A stretch of 64,000 nucleotides of DNA. Origin: Chrysomallon squamiferum (taxonomy: Eukaryota > Animalia > Mollusca). How positions within the stretch are numbered: position 1 is the stretch's first letter; each line of letters begins with the position of its first letter. The notes under the pieces were generated by a model, which had not been told where the DNA came from, made no database searches, and worked only from the letters and a program-made list of their open reading frames with translations. A program made the translations under genes and the position numbers. Positions 59,911-64,000 of this stretch are shown piece by piece. The stretch covers positions 4,030,001 through 4,094,000 of the forward strand of contig CM022671.1 of NCBI GenBank assembly GCA_012295275.1, given 5' to 3'.

Positions 59911-60013
59911 ACATGTACATTATAATAATAATATATTTATTTATGCATACATACACACACACCACACACATATATGTACATTATAATAATAATATATTTA
60001 TTTATGCATACAT
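59911..60013. repeat. Local duplication of ~40 bp
   Basis: atgtacattataataataatatatttatttatgcatacat occurs twice, separated by (AC)n. Confidence 0.95.
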
Positions 60014-60344
60014 TCATAATCACAAACAAACATAGATAAATAAATAAAAAAATAAATAAACTAGTTACTATGACAACAAGTTATTCCCACGGCAACCTCA
60101 ACTCGCTTGTCAGTGTCTGTACACGGACCTCGCAGTGGAACTGTCACGTGCTGGCAGACTGGGGCGGTTCCTCGGGGAGACTCTGCAAGGGAGCGTCCAA
60201 AGAGATGTCTTCTGTCAAAGAGTGTTAAACGAACGCTTCAACTACGTGAGAACCGCGTCCTGAGTCGTTACTTTAATATCGTTTATAATTAGTTTTTGTT
60301 TTCACTCTTATTACTTTCAGCTGACACGCTCAGCGAGATATTGT

Positions 60345-60580
60345 GACATAAAATGTGATTATTATAGGATAGGATAGCCTTTGTGATGTGGTATGATGTG
60401 ATGTGACATGTGATATGTGATACGTCATGATATGATATAACATGACATACATTATATGATAAATGACATGACGTAATGATATTTCTATCATGGCGTAACG
60501 TGATTAGATATATGATGTGTTTTGACTTGACACTATATTAAATGACGTCACATGACCTGATATTATATGACATCATAAAA
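60345..60580. repeat. Degenerate pentanucleotide satellite (TGACA/TGATA/TGATG)
   Basis: 5-bp periodicity, e.g. gatgtgatgtgacatgtgatatgtgatacgtcatgatatgatat. Confidence 0.8.
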
Positions 60581-61518
60581 TTAAAAACAATATTCTGCTA
60601 TGTTACTCTATGATAAAATAATAATGCATGCATACATGGAGCGATTAATAACGGTATGATTTAAGAGAATGTAATATGAAATAGTTATAAAAATAAAATG
60701 AAAAATAACTTTTTCAAATTCACTTATACGAAAGTCATCTTGTAAGTTTTAAATATGGAAATATTACAGTCAGTCAGTTATGTATGTCCTTCATTTAACA
60801 GTTGACGTAAAAAGATAAAATAATGTTTCAAATTCTTTCCATATTTTAATACTCATAAATTTCATGAGGGCGTATGAATACCAAGAACGCTTCCAGTTAA
60901 TTGAAAACTAACATTATTTCTAAATACTGCGTATGACTCATGAGCTGACATAATACATTTCAAAATTGTTTATTTATTTTTCATATTTTTATCTGAAAAC
61001 AAAATCATAGCAACCATTTCAAAACATGGCTACGCCTTTCTCACTTAGCTTCACCTTTGACCTTCGTATCAACGTAGTCGCGTGGCCGAAGGACCACGAC
61101 ATTCACCGAAGGTCACGGAAATGCCCGAAGCTGTATGAAAAGAAAATACGTCTAGTTGCTTGTCGACAATCGGAACGTAAACTGACGACTGCAGCGTCAA
61201 TATTTGTTTTGAAAATATCTAACAGAGATAGAAATGTTGAACAAACACACGCGAGATTCCAGCCTAGCTGTTTGGACTGGGGGAAGGGGTGGAGGCAGAC
61301 TGCGAGCGGTGTTTATTGTTGACGTGATCTCACCGCCAGAAGCGAACGAACCCGAAAACAAACGAAGAAGATCTTCGCTCGCTTCTAATAGCACGCTGCT
61401 AGCTTGGACAAATTACGTAACTACAATAATTAAACTAGTCAAGGCAGGCAGATGGTTTTTGTCACGCTAGAGCTGAAACATGCAGTTTCACAAATGACTA
61501 CTTATCAGTTATCGCCCT

Positions 61519-61553
<35 letters not shown>

Positions 61554-61841
61554 ACTTTTTGTACAGAAAATGCTTTTAACGCTTTATTTAAACGTTCTGT
61601 TTATTTTTTCAAGACTTTGGCTATTTAAGATTGTAATGTTTTTTTTTTTTTTTCCTTTAAAATAAAAATATAAATGTTTTTAAAAAGAATATCCCTTTCA
61701 AGAAGGAAATACGTTCATGGACACACACATATATAATTTGTTATTTTAAAATAATCGCAATTTAACTATTTAGCTATTTTTGGTATTTCCGTGAAAGCAA
61801 CCATCCATGCTCCAATACGAACTGGGTGTGGTGTGTCAGAA

Positions 61842-61923
<82 letters not shown>

Positions 61924-62061
61924 ATGTTTCCAGTCCTTGCCCAAAGCACTGAAATTAAGATATGCGCCAGTCATTTTATTTTTGTTATAATTATAATTAT
62001 TATTATTATTATGATTACGATGATGGTATTAATATAATGATATATTTCGATACTTATGTTT

Positions 62062-62104
<43 letters not shown>

Positions 62105-62287
62105 GATTATATAGTTACATGTATATAATAGAATCATATAGTTGTGTTTCCATAAAGTACGATGATTTTCTAATATTCCCAGAACTTCATGCACGTACTT
62201 TATTTATTTTTTGTTCCTTCTTCCTTTCCGTCATTCTTGTGTTAAAGTACGTTGATCAGTCTTCCAACTCCGTGAACCCAATAAACC

Positions 62288-62320
<33 letters not shown>

Positions 62321-63541
62321 TTTCAAATATTTAACAAAAACGTCTGAACACATTGACAACTAAAATATTCCCAAAACAATTTCTTTTTGTTTTTTTTTTT
62401 TTTTTTTTCTTTCTCAAACAGAAATACACACATAAGCGTGCACGGTACGAAAGGACTTTTATCCATCTCATTTGTTTAATTGTATAAGGGTGGTTATCTC
62501 TCCGTTGCTAGGATACAAGACCCTCTTTTACCCCCCGTACCGTGTCTTGTGTTTTAACGCACTAGCGTAAAAACAATACTGATAGAATCTGGAGTAACAG
62601 TTGTAAAACGTTTATTGTGCCGCTCTCGCGTTATCAGTCGATTTCTGACTAAGTTGATTTAGACTTCCAGTCTGCTAACACCTTTCCGTCGCCTTCAACA
62701 AATGCCAAAACCTTCGCCAACTGTCTTTCAATGGCCGCTCAGCAGACAGTTTCCGCTGTGACGCGCCAGTCCGCTTGTTGCTGTTCCCCGAGCTTTGAAA
62801 AAAAAAATAATAATAATATAAAAAAAAGTAATGAAAAATAAAAAAATAAAAAACGAGGACAAGCAAGTACAAAGCTGGACATCTGTCTTTTAAAAAGCCA
62901 AAATGTCAGAAGTCAAAAGACGAGAGAAGAATACGCTAATACCGTTCTGATCTGCCAACTCGATACCGCCAAAAAAAAAAAAAAAAAAAAAGATCGTCTG
63001 ATACGATACCAGTCTGTCTTGTTTGAGACTTAAGATGTAAAAAGCGTAGAACGTCATCGGTTTGTGCGTTCTTTTTTTTTTTATTAGCTAATGATAGTGT
63101 TTGGTGACACTGCGAAGCGAGGGGGGATGTTAACACACAGCTGTCATTAATTTGGATGCTATTAGCAACCAGCGATCCCGAGGCTCTGGCGACGCCCACT
63201 TTATTAACCAATCATGTTTCACTGTAATTATGTGTTTAGCGGCGAGAAAACTTGCAAGGTGGTGACGTGACATAATAGATTGCGGGATTTCTTGTGTTTT
63301 TCCAGTTCTAATTTTGTGTTTAAATTTGACAAAAGATTATTAGCAGATGTTTAAGTTTACATACTTTGTTAATGTCTCCATCTCACACAGTAATTTGTGG
63401 TTTTGATTTTTTTTTTTTTTTTTTTTTTTTCAAAGTTTCTTTTCTTTCTTTGTCTTTTCTCTTCTTTTTAATCTTTTTGCTTTCTTTTTTTTTTGTGATT
63501 GTCGCTTCTTATTATTATGCTTCGGTTACGTCTTCGTTTTT

Positions 63542-63610
63542 GGGGGTTTTGGGGGTTTTTTGGGTTTTTACGGGAAGTTTGCGGGTTTTATAGGGTTAGC
63601 GTTTTGGGTT
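63542..63610 (+). other. G/T-rich tract, potential G-quadruplex
   Basis: gggggttttgggggttttttgggtttttacggg plus further GGG runs. Confidence 0.5.
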
Positions 63611-64000
63611 TTTTTCCAGGGTAGAATTCAAGGACCTTAGTTCTTAGGAACATAGAACTTGTATTATATGCAGTAATAGTCTATATATAATGTTACTGTT
63701 TGTGTCGCTCCATTGTGAGACATTTGAATGTTTATCAAATATTATTTAACTGAGTAAAGTTCCTTCTTATTAGCACAAGGGGTTACCAAAACCAAATAAA
63801 ACTTAATGACATCGTGTAAGTATAAAAAATTTCTCAGACTGTTCTTTCATACAGACACTAAAGTTAATACCGCCCATTAAGGTTAACACATTTTTACTAA
63901 ATACGATGTCACCGTACCAGAATGACCTAATAATGCTTTAATACTCAACGTTCGGTAGATTACGTGAGTCTATGACGTGTATAATATTCCCATGGCGACG

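Noticed and set aside
63542-63610. Telomere-like repeat
   Set aside because: Irregular G/T runs, not a TTAGGG array.
63992-64000. ATGGCGACG as a CDS start at the window edge
   Set aside because: Only three codons are visible, and it is equally explained as part of an X-box-like motif.

Overview
This is AT-rich animal nuclear DNA, not prokaryotic. It is tentatively molluscan/gastropod, judged only from my recollection of the SINE-like fragments. I cannot support any protein-coding gene, rRNA, intact tRNA, known miRNA or CRISPR array. Nearly all supplied ORFs are translations of microsatellites (ERER, SLSL, YYY, CVCV) or low-complexity DNA. The window looks like a gene desert or very large intron: 0.2-0.9 kb CpG-rich unique islands alternate with long (AG)n, (ATT)n, (TTTA)n, (GT)n and poly-A/T blocks. 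It also holds several minisatellites and local duplications, two decayed SINE-like fragments and one MITE-like insertion. The most notable signals are in the islands: CTCF-like motifs in a convergent/divergent arrangement, seven perfect CRE palindromes, and TCF, HNF4, RFX, Su(H) and YY1 motif matches. Together these suggest the cis-regulatory domain of a gene outside the window or one whose exons I cannot see. All regulatory calls are motif matches made by eye and remain hypotheses.
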